DNA of 62,562 bases, counting the filler, from Chiloscyllium plagiosum (taxonomy: Eukaryota): assembly GCF_004010195.1 (NCBI RefSeq). It is 4 parts of one record of this genome, joined end to end, with 100 filler letters (N's around TTAATTAATTAA, not from the genome) between each part and the next. Parts side by side here need not be neighbours in the genome. Positions count along the whole stretch, not along the records: positions 25,331 to 52,157 come from NC_057713.1; positions 52,258 to 59,414 come from NC_057713.1; positions 59,515 to 62,562 come from NC_057713.1; 1 more part is not named here. One strand, given 5' to 3'. Both the position numbers and the translations under genes were made by a program. A model generated the notes under the pieces. That model was not told where the DNA came from and did no database searches. It saw only the letters and a list, made by a program, of their open reading frames with translations. How positions within the stretch are numbered: the stretch's first letter is position 1; every line of letters begins with the position of its first letter. Shown here piece by piece: positions 48,010 to 60,815 of the stretch.

Positions 48010-49640
48010 TAGGAGAAAGTGAGGACTGCAGATACTGGAGATCAGAGTCGAGAGTGTGGTGCTGGAAAAGCACAGCAGGTCAGGCAGCATCTGAGGAGCA
48101 GGAGAATCGACATTTTGGGCATAAGCCCTTCATCAGGAATGAGGTTTGTGAGCCAAAGGCGTGGAGAGATAAATGGAGGGGGGGAAGGTAGCTGAGATAG
48201 CGATAGGTAGATGAAGGTGGGGGAATGGTGATAGGTCGGATAGGAGGGTGGAGCAGATAGATGGGAAGGAAGATGGATAGGTAGGACAGGTCATGAGGGT
48301 GGTGCTGAGTTGGAAGGTTGGATCTGGGCTAAGGTGGGAGGAGGGGAAATGAGGAAACTGGTGAAATCCCATGTGGTTGGAGGGTCCCAAGGAGGAAGAT
48401 GAGGCATTCTTCCTCCAGGCGTCCGTCTTCAATGGTGATCGACTCAACATGGACATCTTCTACAAACCTATTGACTCCCACAGCTACTTGGACTACACTT
48501 CCTCCCACACTGCCTCCTGTAAAAACACTATCCTTTATTCTCAATTCCTCTGCCTCTGCTGCATCTACTCCCAGGAGGACCAGTTCCACCATAGAACACA
48601 GCAGATAGCCTCCTTCTTCAAAGGTCGCATTTCCCCTTCCAGCACATCTGCTCCACTTCCCTGCCTCTGCCCTCGAACCCGACCTATCCATGCACACCAA
48701 GGACAGAACACGACCCCCCCTCCCACATCGGTCCTCACCTTCCACCACACCAACCTCCATATACATTGCATCATCCTCTGCCATTTCCACCACCTACAAA
48801 CAGCCTCCACCACCAGAGACACATTTCCTTCTCCAACCCTATCTGTGTTCCGTAAAGACCTTCCCTTCACGACAGTCTTGTCAGGTCCATGCCCCCCCCA
48901 CACCTCCCCTCCTGGCACCCTCCCATGCCACCGCAGGAATTGCAAAACCTGCGCCCATTTCTCCCCCCTCACCTCCGTCCAAGGCCCCAAAGGAGCCTTC
49001 CACATCCATCAGAGTTTTACCTGCACTTCCACACATGTCATTTACTGTATCCATTGCACCCGATGCAGTCTCCTCTACATTGAGGAGACAGGACGCCTAC
49101 TTGCAGAACCCTTCAGAGAACATCTCAGGGACACCCGCGCCAACCAACCCCACTGCCCTGTGGTGAAACACTTCAACTCCCCCTCCCACTCCCCCAAGGA
49201 CGTGCAGGTCCCGGGCCTCCTCCATCGCCAAGCCCTAACCACCCGACACCTGGAGGAAGAATGCCTCATCTATGCCTTGGGACCCTCCAAGCACATGGGA
49301 CCAATGTGGATTTCACCAGTTTCCTCATTTCCCCTCCTTTCATCTAATCCGAGTTCCAACCTTCTAACTCTGCATCGCCCTCATGACCTGTCCTACCTGT
49401 CCATCCTCCTTCCCTCCTATCCGCTCCATCCTCCTCTCTGACCTATCACCCTTGCCCCCACCTTCATCTCCCTATCGAATTCGCAGCTGTCATCTCCCCA
49501 CACCCAACCCCTCTCCCATTTATCTCTCCAACCCCTTAGCTCACAAGCATCATTCTTGATGAAGGGCTTTTGCCCGAAACATTAATTCTCCTCCTCAGAT
49601 ACTGCCTGACCTGCTGTGCTTTTCCAGCACCACACTCGAG
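48010..49640 (+). mobile_element. Penelope-like element (Cys-linker, Neptune-like) with inverted terminal repeat
   Basis: ORF has DIFYKPIDSHSYLDY, CHRRNCKTC and GIY-YIG (VIYCIHCTRCSLLYIEETGR...FREH). About 48052-48420 is an imperfect reverse complement of about 49245-49638. Confidence 0.9.
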
Positions 49641-50264
49641 ACACAGAAATAACCAAAGCATTACCCGGATGCTGGCCTTGTATCTAGATGGCTCGTTTAC
49701 AAGATGGTCAAATTCAGACTTCAGCTATGCAGATCCCTGGTTCAGCCTTGAGCAGTTCTGGGCACCACACATTGAGAAGGATACATTGGTCTTGGAGGAT
49801 GTACAGTGTAGATTTTAGCAATGAAATGTAACATCACTTTGGACTCCAGCTGTAAACTGCAAATTGATATTCCAGAAGCTAGAGTCATATTGCTCGGAAT
49901 TGAGTGATATGGTCTAAGTTATCATGGTGTTATCGGAATTAAGATCAATAAAGAAAAGCTACATTCACTGATTGGGGAGGCAAAATCTAAACATTAGACC
50001 TAAATATTCCAGGAATGAACTTGGTAAATACTTACACACACAGGGTAGTAAATGCTAAGAATTCTCTTCTGTGAGTAATACTTGGCTAATTGTTAAGTTT
50101 ATATCTGAAATCAGTTAATTAAAATCCAGCAATGTTATTGCTGTACAGAGTAAAGGCAGTTATTTGGAGCTGGGTCCCAGACCGGCTGTGATCTCACTGA
50201 ATGGAACAAATTCCAGGGGCTGGAGGTTCTACTATTATTCCTTTATTCCTAGTGTGAGAAGGAA

Positions 50265-50680
50265 AGGCTGGATAGAAATCTTTCCCTGGAGTGTAGGGCA
50301 TTATAGGGTGACCTTAAAGAGGTTTACAAAATCATGAGGGGTGTAAATAAGGTGAATAAAGGTCTTTTATCTAAGGTGGGGGAGTTCAAAATTAGGGACC
50401 GTATTTTTAAAGTGAGAGGAGAAAGATTTACAAAGGTCCTGAGGGACAATGTTTTCACACACAGGGTAGTTCGTGTGTGAAACGAACTGCCTGAGGAAGT
50501 GGTAGGTGCAGGTACAGATACAATACTTAAAAGACATTTGGGTACGTACATGAATGGGAAAGGTTTGGAGGGATATGAACCAAACACAGACACGTGAGGT
50601 TAGTTTTAGTTTGGGAAACATGGTTGATGTGAACAAGTTGGACCAAAGAGTCTGTTTTTCGTGCTGTTTGACTCTGTGTG
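50265..50680 (+). mobile_element. CR1 3' fragment
   Basis: GDLKEVYKIMRG...FTHRVVRV; CR1-type tail. Confidence 0.82.
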
Positions 50681-51527
50681 CAATAGGCTTCCAGATAATG
50701 TAGTGGAGGCCCCATGCCTAGAGTTAATAAAAGAAACATGATTATTGTTGGCAAATTAATCTGTTGCTTGAAACTATCCTGATTCCTTGTTTATGAAACT
50801 TTCTATCTGAATATTGGCCTGCAATATTTGTAGCACTGCTAGCACTGAAATATTGTACCAGCAAGTGGTGGAGGTAAAGTGCAATGAAATGTAACATCAT
50901 TTATTGTCTCAGGTTACTTCCTTACTGAATAAACTGGGAGGCTGTCATCTAATTGGCAATCCTCAGAACAAAAGAGTGCTTGTTGTCATTAAGCTTCGGT
51001 TTTAAAATTGTGATCCATGCTCGTCCATTCAATTATGTTTAAAACATTTTTAGCTTCCTTATAAATTGATTGATAACATGAGCAATGATTGCCAACATGC
51101 TACTTTAAAAGAAACTGTTGTTGAGGTATGTAAGTGATGGAAGCAAAGAAAAATCTCTAGCTACTGCTCTGAGCTACTGATGGGGCCGTTTCAGAAGCCA
51201 TGAAGATAATAAATATCATGTAACTAAGCAACACTTGAAAAAGCCAGATCAGGTAGAAATGACAGTTCCCCTTCCCTGATGGACACTACAATAGCAATTG
51301 TGTTTTTCCATCAATCCCATGGTCATTATTTCAGGAGCTGATGATGTGTATGAGCCTAGATGTTGACAGGATTATTGATCTCAAGGAAACTCCAGAAGAA
51401 CCTGTCGTCTTTTTAAATGTTAGTCATGACCGAAACCGGGAATCAATCTTCTTAATTTGCAGGCTGATGCTTTACTTGGTGAGTATTTTTAACATTCGTC
51501 TCTTTTTCTTTTCTACCCTTCCTTCAG

Positions 51528-51622
51528 CTGATTACAAAGAGAGTTTCAACACTATTGGAAACATTGAAGAAATTGCTTACAATGCCATCTCCTTCACATG
51601 GGATGTGAACGAAGAAGCCAAG
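51528..51622 (+). CDS. GRHL2: Grainyhead-like 2 internal exon (CP2 DNA-binding domain), 95 bp
   Basis: Long pyrimidine tract + CAG acceptor, AG/GTGAGT donor; (A)[34 protein letters not shown] and WDVNEE favour GRHL2 over GRHL1. Confidence 0.88.
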
Positions 51623-51649
51623 GTGAGTTTACTTTTGAGGAGCAGTCCT

Positions 51650-51825
51650 CACTGGTAGGGAGTCTCAGTTGGTGTCACTGACCTCGGAGTCAGAAGATTG
51701 TGGGTTCATGTCCCAGTATTAGATCTTAAAAAATATAGGTTGATTATCCAAGACAGGTCTGAGGGAATATTGTACTGTCACATCTTTCAGGTGAGATCTT
51801 ATACTGAGACATCCCTACCCCTCAA
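51650..51825 (+). mobile_element. Old Deu-domain-like SINE remnant
   Basis: GAGTCAGAAGATTGTGGGTTCATGTCCC head and CTGAGGGA...ATCTTTCAGGTGAGA core. Confidence 0.45.
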
Positions 51826-51827
51826 GT

Positions 51828-52157
51828 AGATAGTCGTAGAGATGTACAGCATGGAAACAGACCCTTCAGTCCAACCCGTCCATGCCAACCAGATATCCCA
51901 ACCTAATCTAGTCCCACCTGCCAGCACATGGGCCATATCCCGCCAAACCCTTCCTATTCATATACCTATCCAAATGCCTCTTAAATGTTGCAATTGTACC
52001 AGCCTCCACCACATCCTCTGGCAGCTCATTCCATACACGTACCACCCTCTGCGTGAAAACGTTGCCCCTGAGGTCTCTTTTATATCTTTCCCCTCTCACT
52101 CTAAACCTATGCCCTCTAGTTCTGGACTCCCCGACCCCAGGGAAAAGACTTTGTCTA
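51828..52157 (-). mobile_element. CR1 3' end, cut by the spacer
   Basis: RGERYKRDLRGNVFTQRVVRVWNELP. Confidence 0.9.
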
Positions 52158-52257
52158 NNNNNNNNNNNNNNNNNNNNNNNNNNNNNNNNNNNNNNNNNNN
52201 NTTAATTAATTAANNNNNNNNNNNNNNNNNNNNNNNNNNNNNNNNNNNNNNNNNNNN
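52158..52257. other. Artificial scaffold spacer 44N-TTAATTAATTAA-44N
   Basis: Identical to 25231-25330. Confidence 0.95.
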
Positions 52258-52855
52258 AAGTTTTCCTTCATTGAACGGGGTATTGAGTACAAGAGTTGGT
52301 AAATAATGATGCAGTTGTATAAGACTTTGGTGCGGCCGCATCTGGAATATTGTGTGCAGTTTTGGTCGCCATACTATAGGAAGGATGTGGAGGCACTGGA
52401 ACGGGTGCAGAGGAGGTTTACCAGGATGTTGCCTGGTATGGAAGGAAGATCGTATGAGGAAAGACTGAGACACTTGGGGCTGTTTTCATTAGAGAAAAGA
52501 AGGTTTAGGGGTGACTTGATTGAGGTGTACAAGATGATTAGGGGGTTAGATAGGGTTGACAGTGTGGACCTTTTCCCGCGTATGGAGTCGGGTATTACCA
52601 GGGGCATAGCTTTAAATTAAGGGGGGGGTAGATATAGGACTGAAGTTAGGGGTAGGTTCTTCACTCAGCGAGTCGTAAGTTCATGGAATGCCCTGCCAGT
52701 AGCAGTGGTGGACTCTCCCTCTTTATGGGCATTTAAGCGGGCATTGGATAGGTATATGGAGGATAGTGGGTTAGTATAGGTTAGGTGGTCTTGGATCGGC
52801 GCAACATCGAGGGCCAAAGGGCCTGTACTGCGCTGTATTCTTCTATGTTCTATAT
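52258..52855 (+). mobile_element. Young CR1 3' end
   Basis: LYKTLVRPHLEYCVQFWSPYYRKDVEALERVQRR; many CpGs retained; CTATGTTCTAT tail. Confidence 0.92.
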
Positions 52856-52879
52856 CTATTAATGTGGAAAATTCTCCAG

Positions 52880-54020
52880 GTACATACTATACACAAAAGG
52901 CAGGACAAATTCTACCCAGCCAATTACTGCCCCATCAGTCTACTCTTGATCATCAGAAAAAGTAATGGAAGGTATCAGCAACAGGGCTATCAAGCAGCAC
53001 CTGCTTAGCATTAACCCGCTAAGTGATGCCCAGTTTGGGTTCTGCCAAGGTTACTCAGCTCCTGACCTCATTACATCCTTGGTTCAAATATGAAAAAATT
53101 AGCTGAATTCCAGAGCTAAGGTGAGAGTGACAGCTCTTGACATCAAGACCATACTCAACTGAATATAACATCAAGGAGTCCTAACAAAACTGGAATCAAT
53201 GAGAGCTGGGGACAAACTCTCTGCTGGATGGATTCATATCTGGTTCATAGGAAGATGGTTGTGGTTGTTGGAGGTCGGTATTCTTCTCAGCTCAGGACAT
53301 CTCTGCAGGAATTCCCCAGAGTTGTGTCCTTGGCCCAACCATCTTCAGCTACTTCATCAATAACAATATCACCATTAAAAAAGGTCAGAAGTGAGGATGT
53401 TCAGCAATGATTGCACAATGTTCAGCACCATTGATGACACCTCAACTACTGAAGCAGTAGTTCCATGCTGAACTGCAACATGATCTGGACAACGTCCAGG
53501 CTTGGGCTGACAGATGGCAATTAACATGAGCCCCACACAAATGCCAGGCAATGACCATTTCCAATAAGAGACAATCTAACCACCACCTCTTGACTTTCAA
53601 TGGTGTTACTATCACTGAATGGCCCCACTATCAATATCCTGGGTTGACAATTGACCAGAAACTCAACTATATTCACTATAGTAGACACAAGAATAGGTTA
53701 GAAGCGAAGAATACTGCAGCGACTAACTCACTTCCTAACTCTCCATTGCTTGCCCACCATATACAAGGCACAAGTCAGAAGCATGATGGAATATTCCTCG
53801 CTCGCCTAGAAGGGTGCAGCTCTAACAACACTCTAGCGGCTTGACATAATTCAGGCCAAAAAAAATCTGTTTGGTTACATCACATCCACAGGAATCCATT
53901 GCCTCCACTACCAATGTTCACTAGCAGCAGTGGAGATTATCTACAAGATGCACAGCAGAAATTCACTAGGGACCCTTAGACTGCACCTTCCAAGATCATG
54001 ACCACATTCATCAAGGGGAC
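52880..54020 (+). mobile_element. Older CR1/L2-group LINE RT region
   Basis: PANYCPISLL, AQFGFCQGYSAPDLITSLVQ, VTALDIK, LQHDLDNVQAWADRWQL. Confidence 0.75.
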
Positions 54021-54446
54021 AGGGGTATCAACACTAGTTCAAGGAAGAGTTCAGGAAGGCATACCTAAAAATTGAGGTGTCAACTTTGTGACGCGACCTA
54101 AAAGGACTACTTGCGTGTCAAACAGCATAAGCAGCAAGTGATAAAACCAAGCAATCCCACAATGAATTACAATCATGAATGGTTGTGAACAATTAAACAA
54201 CTCACTGGAGGACGCAGCTCCACCAATGTCCCCATTCTGAATGATGGAAGGGCTAATGGGCAGCAGATTCATGACAACCCCACCACCTACAAATTCTCAC
54301 CATCACCACTCTTTCACCATCACTGGACCAAAATGCTGGAATTCCCTCCCTCATGGCATTGAGAGTCCATCTACTGCACAAAAACTGCAGCAGTTCAAGA
54401 CGACAGCTCACTATAAAGGGAAAGTAGGAATGGGGAATAAATCTTC

Positions 54447-54578
54447 TAGGAGAAAGTGAGGACTGCAGGTGCTGGAGATCAGAGCTGAAAATGTGTTGCT
54501 GGAAAAGCGCAGCAGGTCAGGCAGCATCCAAGGAGCAGGAGAATCGATGCTTCGGGCATGAGCCCTTCTTCAGGAAGG
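54447..54578 (-). repeat. Penelope terminal-repeat fragment with hammerhead-like motif
   Basis: - strand CTGAAGAAGGGCTCATGCCCGAAGCATC; matches 48010-48140. Confidence 0.75.
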
Positions 54579-54624
54579 CTCATGAGGGAATAAATGCTGG
54601 CGAGGAGTGAATTAAAAAGCAACC

Positions 54625-56180
54625 ATATGATGTGCGAGCAGACAAAGGTTCCATCGAGTCTGTTCCACCATTTAATTAATGAGATTATGTCAGACCTGAT
54701 AATCTTCAACTTCACTTTCCAGCCTGACTCTTGTAATCTTTGATCTCTTTACTGATTAAAAGTCCAATTATCTCAGCCCTGAATACCCATGACTCAGCCT
54801 TGACAGCCCTTTGCAATAAAGAATTCTACAGATTCTACCCTCAGAAGAAATTCCTCCATCTGTCTGAAATGGGTGACATGTTATTCTGAGATTATGCCTG
54901 CTTTTCCTAGATTCTCTCACAAGGTGAAAACAAGCTCTCCACATTTACCTGCCAAGTCCTCTGAGAAACTTACATATTTAAATAAGGTTTCCTTCTAAGC
55001 TCTAAAATGCATACAAGCCCAACTCACTCAATCTTTCCTCAAAGACAATCTCTCCGTATCTGGAATCAACATAGCAAACCTTCTCCAGACTGCCTCCAAA
55101 GTCAGAATGTCTTTCCTTCGATAAGGGAAAGCAAACTGTTCACAGTATTCCAGCTGTGGTCTGACTAGTACCTTGTGATAAAACTATACAGTCTCCCTAC
55201 TTTTATACTCCATTTCTTTGAAATAAAGGCCAACATTCCATTTACCTCCCCTATTCCCCATCAAACTAGATGCGAGTCTTTTGTGATACATTAACGATGA
55301 CTCCCAAATCCCACCCACCTATTTTTATGTCTTTGAAAACTTCGCAACACTGCTTTCATTTGATATTCAAGTTATTAATATATTTTGTAAATAATTGTGG
55401 CCCAGCACTTGTCCATGTAGCATTCCACAAGTTACAGTTGCCATCATGAAAACATTCCTTTTCTGTCAACTCTGCCCACCATTAATTTGCCAATCCACTA
55501 TCTATACTAATATACAATCCTAAAATGATGGGCTTTTACCTTAATTAAACTTGTGTAGTAACTTATCAAACACCTTTTGGAAATTCAAATATATCATATA
55601 AACTGCTTTTGTTTATCTATTATGCTTGTTACCCCCTCAGAGAATTCTAATAAATCAACTGGGCATGATTTCCTCCTCATGAAGCCATGCTGACATTGCT
55701 CCATTACACTTTGCATTTCTAAGTGCATTGCTATTACATTCTTTATAATGGACTAAAAAATGTGCCCAATGACAGATATTAAGCTAATTGGCTTATAGTT
55801 AGCTGTTTTTTGACGCCTTTTGAATAAGATTGCTCTACCATCTCTGTAGCTACTTCCTTTAATTCCTGCAACCACTCAGGTCCAGGGCACTCATCAGCCT
55901 TTAGCTTCATTTGCTACCTTATTAACAGTAGGAATACTCTTGAGTACTAGTTATTGCATATATTCCTCCCCTCTTTCAGCTCCTTACTTATTTAGTATAT
56001 TTGGAATGCTATCAGTGCCCTCTTGTGTGAAGACTGATACAAAATACTTATTCAACTCCTTTGCCATTTGCTGGTTCTCTGTTTTTATTTTCCTAATCTC
56101 CTTATGTTCATCATTGGCCCCTCTTATTTTTTAATATATTTAAAAGCTCTAACTGTTTTAATGTTACTTGACAGCTTGCC
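54625..56180 (-). mobile_element. Old CR1 LINE, decayed
   Basis: Similar to 40840-42310; QHGFMRRKSC remnant at about 55662-55692(-). Confidence 0.65.
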
Positions 56181-57933
56181 CTATGTTTATTTTTTCCCTA
56201 CTCCACTACACTTAACCCTATCAAAATGTCCTTTAATTCATTTCAACCTTAAGTGTTTAGCTAGCTTCCCCATACATTGTGGCAAAAGAAGCTGAAATGT
56301 AATTAGACTTCAGTCTTAAAAGCAGATAGCTATTCCTGAAAGATATTTCAAAAATGATCTGTTTTTCCAGATAGTGCTTTGTTAGTTGCAGTTTTATGCT
56401 TATTTTGATTACACCATATTTCTAATCTCGAATAAGAAAGGTTTCCAGAAATGTATGTTGCAAGGGAGGAGAAACAGAAAATATCTCACCCATGTTTTTT
56501 GAGCATCTCTACTGTCATCAAATCTATGAACTGAAAATTTATAGAGTACTAACAATTCACTTCTAGTACAGTGGTGTCATCTTAATGATGCACTCCGAAT
56601 GTGGCTCCAACTTATTTAGAAGTTGATTTTCTTTATCATGCTCTGCAGGTCTCTAAACAATCAATACAATCTAATAACCATACAATAATCAGGAATATCT
56701 TTATAACAATCGTCAAACCCTCTATAAGTTTATTGATGCCTCTAGCACAGTAATTTTAAATCAGTTATTTCAATGGTACTGAAGTGGTGTCTTTTCAAGA
56801 ACAAAGCCACAAGAAGATCATGGCTTTGCCACTCTATCACTGCAGCCTTTTCCATCCATTAAACCCTGCGGAAAAAGTGTTAAGTCAATTCCTGATTCTT
56901 GGGCATCTGATTTCTTCCACCCCCTCCATTGGCAGTCGCACCTTCAGATGTCTAGGCCCTAAACTATAGAAAAATGCTGTCGCTAAACCGCACGGTCTCC
57001 TGCTCCTCCTTTAAAACATTTTTTAAACCAACCTTTTGGTTGGTAAGACACTTAATTCCAGTTTTGTGGTATGGGATCAAATTTTGGCAAATAATGCTCC
57101 TCTGCTGCACTTTGGTATACTTAACTACCTTCCAAATATTACATAAATACAATTTGTTGTCTTGCAGGATGGATTAGTAATTTCTAGAAACGTTGTGGGA
57201 TATTTTCTTTGCGAGAAAGCTACATTTCCCTCATTACAGATCTTAACCTGAATAAAGACAGGTTCACAGGAGTTGACCTTCTCAAGCTGAAGAATAGTCT
57301 CTGAATTGAACATTTGATCACTGAAAGTCATCGAGAATTCTGTTTTCTCATTTAACTGTTTCAATGAATCTCAATTATCCAGTTCTGTGTAACACTGTGA
57401 TATCACACATAGAACTTTATAAAGTGAATGTAAGTGTCAGAATATTTTAAAAACTGATTATTCCATATACTGTAACAGCAACTTGCATTTATTATGGTAA
57501 TGGCACCGTATAAAAGATCCCAAACTGCTTCATGGGAACATTATGGTGCAAAACCTGACACCAAACCATGGTAATTGTTATAAAGACAGATGGCTGAAAG
57601 CTTTGTCAAAGAGTCAGACTTTAAGGAAAGTCTTAAAAGTGTAAACAATGGTAAGCATTGGAAAGGTGCGAACACGGAATTCCAAAGCTTCAGGTCCTTG
57701 CAACGGAAACCAAGGTGAGCAATGGTGGAGCAGTTAAAATCAGGAATTCTCAAAAGTCCAGAATTAGGTCTCTGTTAGGACAGCAATTTGCAAAAAGACA
57801 ACCTAAATAAAGTTACAGTTATCTAACTATTATTCATTAGGAATTTAAAAACTCAAAAGGTTCACTGCTTCAACAATATGCCAGTGTTCCAATATCTTTG
57901 CATAACATTCCTTGGAAATTTGTAAACCTTTAC

Positions 57934-58023
57934 CTCTAAAGAATCTCCTGATATAACCAGTGTACAGTCATGTTTCCTTCTGAAAGCATTCAGCTCTAAA
58001 TGAGCTTCACCACGATTCATTAC
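57934..58023 (-). CDS. ATP9B: P4-ATPase phospholipid flippase ATP9 family internal exon (90 bp); ATP9B versus ATP9A not resolvable from this exon
   Basis: ttgcag acceptor and GTAAAG donor; [30 protein letters not shown]. The paralogue choice rests only on recalled linkage with RNF19A/GRHL2 in other vertebrates. Confidence 0.75.
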
Positions 58024-58482
58024 CTGCAAAGACAAATCTCTCATTGATTTGCTCAGTAAAGTTAATACGATGCTAAAACGTAATGAAGCAACAATACACA
58101 ATTTATCCAAGTCAGAAAAGCAAATCTAGCGTTTAAAAGTTAATGTTGAAAAATATAACTGTGGAAATTACAATATCACACCTAAGCAAACCATTTCATC
58201 TTTGAATGCAGTGGATGTTTGAGTATATCTTGAATAAATGCTTTTGTTGTTGACTGGAAGTTTAATAATCAAAACTTGTTTCACTTAATTCAAGTAGATG
58301 ATAGTATAACAGAAAATGCTAGTTCCTCAAATGAAGTTATTTTCATTTGCCACTTTTGTAGTAGAAGTTCGTTTAGGGCATTAAACAAGCATTCCGACGT
58401 AGTAGTGTCTCTAATTCTGAGCCAGGAAGCTCGGCTTTAAATTTCACCTGTTCTAGAGGTTATGTAACAACATCTCTGAATA

Positions 58483-59414
58483 AGTCATAGAGATGTACAG
58501 CATAGAAACAGACTCTTCAGTCCACCTCATCCATGCCAACCAGATATCCCAACCCAATCTAGTCCCACCTGCCAGCACCCGACGCATATCCCTCCAAACC
58601 CTTCCTATTTATATACCCATCCAAATGCCTTTCAAAATGTTGCAATTGTACCAGCCTCCTCCACTTCCTCTGGCAGCTTATTCCATACACCTACCACCCT
58701 CTGCGTGAAAAAGGTGCCCCTTAGGTCCCTTTTATATCTTTCTCCTCTCACCCTAAACCTATGCCCTCTGGTTCTGGATTCCCCCACCTCAGGAAAATGA
58801 CTTTGCCTATTTACCCTATCCATGCCCCTCATAAATTTGTAAACCTCTATAAGGTCACCCCTCAGCCTCCAACATTCCACGGAAAATAGCCCCAGCCTGT
58901 TCAGCCTCTCCTTATAGCTCAAATCCTCCAACCTGACAACATCCTTGTAAATCTTTTCTGAACCCTTTCAAGTTTCACAACATCTTTCCGATAGGAAGGA
59001 GCCAAAATTGCACGCAATATTCCAACAGTGGCCTAACCAATGTCCTGTACAGCCGCAACATGACCTCCCAACTCCTGTACTCAATACTCTGACCAATAAA
59101 GGAAAGCATACCAAACACCTTCTTCACTATCCTATCTACCTGNNNNNNNNNNNNNNNNNNNNNNNNNNNNNNNNNNNNNNNNNNNNNNNNNNNNNNNNNN
59201 NNNNNNNNNNNNNNNNNNACACTCCCTAGGACCTTACCATTAAGTGTATAAGTCCTGCTAAGATTTGCTTTCCCAAAATGCAGCACCTTGCATTTATCTG
59301 AATTAAACTCCATCTGCCACTTCTCAGCCCATTGGCCCATCTGGACCAGATCCTGTTGTAATCTGAGGTAACCCTCTTCGCTGTCAACTACACCTCCAAT
59401 TTTGGTGTCATCTG
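58483..59414 (-). mobile_element. CR1 LINE 3' part with an internal gap
   Basis: DDTKIGG, WAEKWQMEFNSDKCKVLHFG, FFTQRVVGVWNKLP. Confidence 0.92.
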
Positions 59415-59514
59415 NNNNNNNNNNNNNNNNNNNNNNNNNNNNNNNNNNNNNNNNNNNNTTAATTAATTAANNNNNNNNNNNNNNNNNNNNNNNNNNNNNN
59501 NNNNNNNNNNNNNN
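59415..59514. other. Artificial scaffold spacer 44N-TTAATTAATTAA-44N
   Basis: Identical to the other two spacers. Confidence 0.95.
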
Positions 59515-60227
59515 ACAACTTCTGTTTATCCGGCCTTGTCCGTGACAAATGCCTATCTCTGGCCCCCCATAAGGTTGTTTGACGTCATTCTACTACAGGT
59601 CACAGCTAGGCATATCCTTTCTTTATCAGCATCTATTTCTATCCAGAGGCCACTTTGACCTTCATAACCTCTTTAATTAGGGTTTGTCCCTGTGTCTCCG
59701 TACAAGTGGGAAACAGATGTTTTTCCTGTTTGCCCATACATCTACCATTGTTCTATAATCATGTCTCATGCTAACATATCTTTTTTAGCTGAATATATAT
59801 ATTTCCTCATTCTTGTTCTGTATCAGAATTTATAGTTGCAGAAATAACATTAATTCATCTATATCCCACACCAGCCTTTCAGTTCGACTGAACGACTCCT
59901 TTCTGCTGTATTCTCACTGCGGTGACCCACGTGAGCTCCACGCTGTTTGGGAAGCCTGTGTTCTGTTTGATAAAGCAGGTGAGTTAACAGAATTAATTTT
60001 CACTTTGTGTGCATGTATGTTATGGACTCAACATCCCTTTGAGGAATTCACACATACCTCTGAACAGGCTCCGATAATAGACAAAGGTGAACAGGATCAT
60101 TTTGAGTTTCTGGCCCACTGGCATTTTCTGGGCACTTAGCCCACCCCCACCACCCCACCACCCGAATACACAAACACACAGACACACACGTCACCTTAAC
60201 AGATAAAGGTTTGCCTCTTATTTAGAA

Positions 60228-60815
60228 TGTGGAGGTGCCAGTGTTGGACAAAATTAAATATCACACAACACCAGGTTATAGTCTAACAGGTTTATTTGGA
60301 AGCACTAGCTTTCAGAGCACTGCTCCTTTGACAGGTAGCTAGTGAGGCAGGATCATAGGACACAGAATTTATAGAAAAAGATCATAGTGTCATACAACTG
60401 ATGTGAAGTATTGAACAAAGCTAGATTGCTGTTAAGTCTTTCATCTTTTAGAATGGGTTGCAGGTTTCGATTCATTAATATATAAATCCCAGAACTTATT
60501 TCAAGTCACATTCCCAAGAGAACTTAAGGTTTTATAAAAAAAAGTGACATCTCAGCTCAGACAATGCATTAAAGGTGTGAGATTAGAGTCTGTCTGTATC
60601 CCAATCTTGAGTCAGACTGGTTCTATTTCCAAAGTAGGAATTCATAAACATCACGTGGATTGACTGCCTACAGATTGTGTGTGTTCTTTTTTAACAAAAC
60701 AGAATGTATCTACAAATACAAATTCTGCAAATTCACCCCATGGACTTGTATGTGTGTGAGCTTGCATTTGAGAGAGAGAGAGAGTGTGAGTGTGTGTGTG
60801 TGTGTGCGTGCGCGT
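60228..60815 (-). mobile_element. Longer copy of the hammerhead-motif repeat family, ending at a (GA)n(GT)n microsatellite (60770-60815)
   Basis: 60228-60340 matches 39380-39495; the extent beyond that is inferred. Confidence 0.55.

Noticed and set aside
48371..49441. 356-aa ORF as an intact or domesticated endonuclease gene
   Set aside because: It starts in the inverted arm, has internal deletions and a YIG-to-YIE change, and drifts out of frame at the end; a decayed Penelope.
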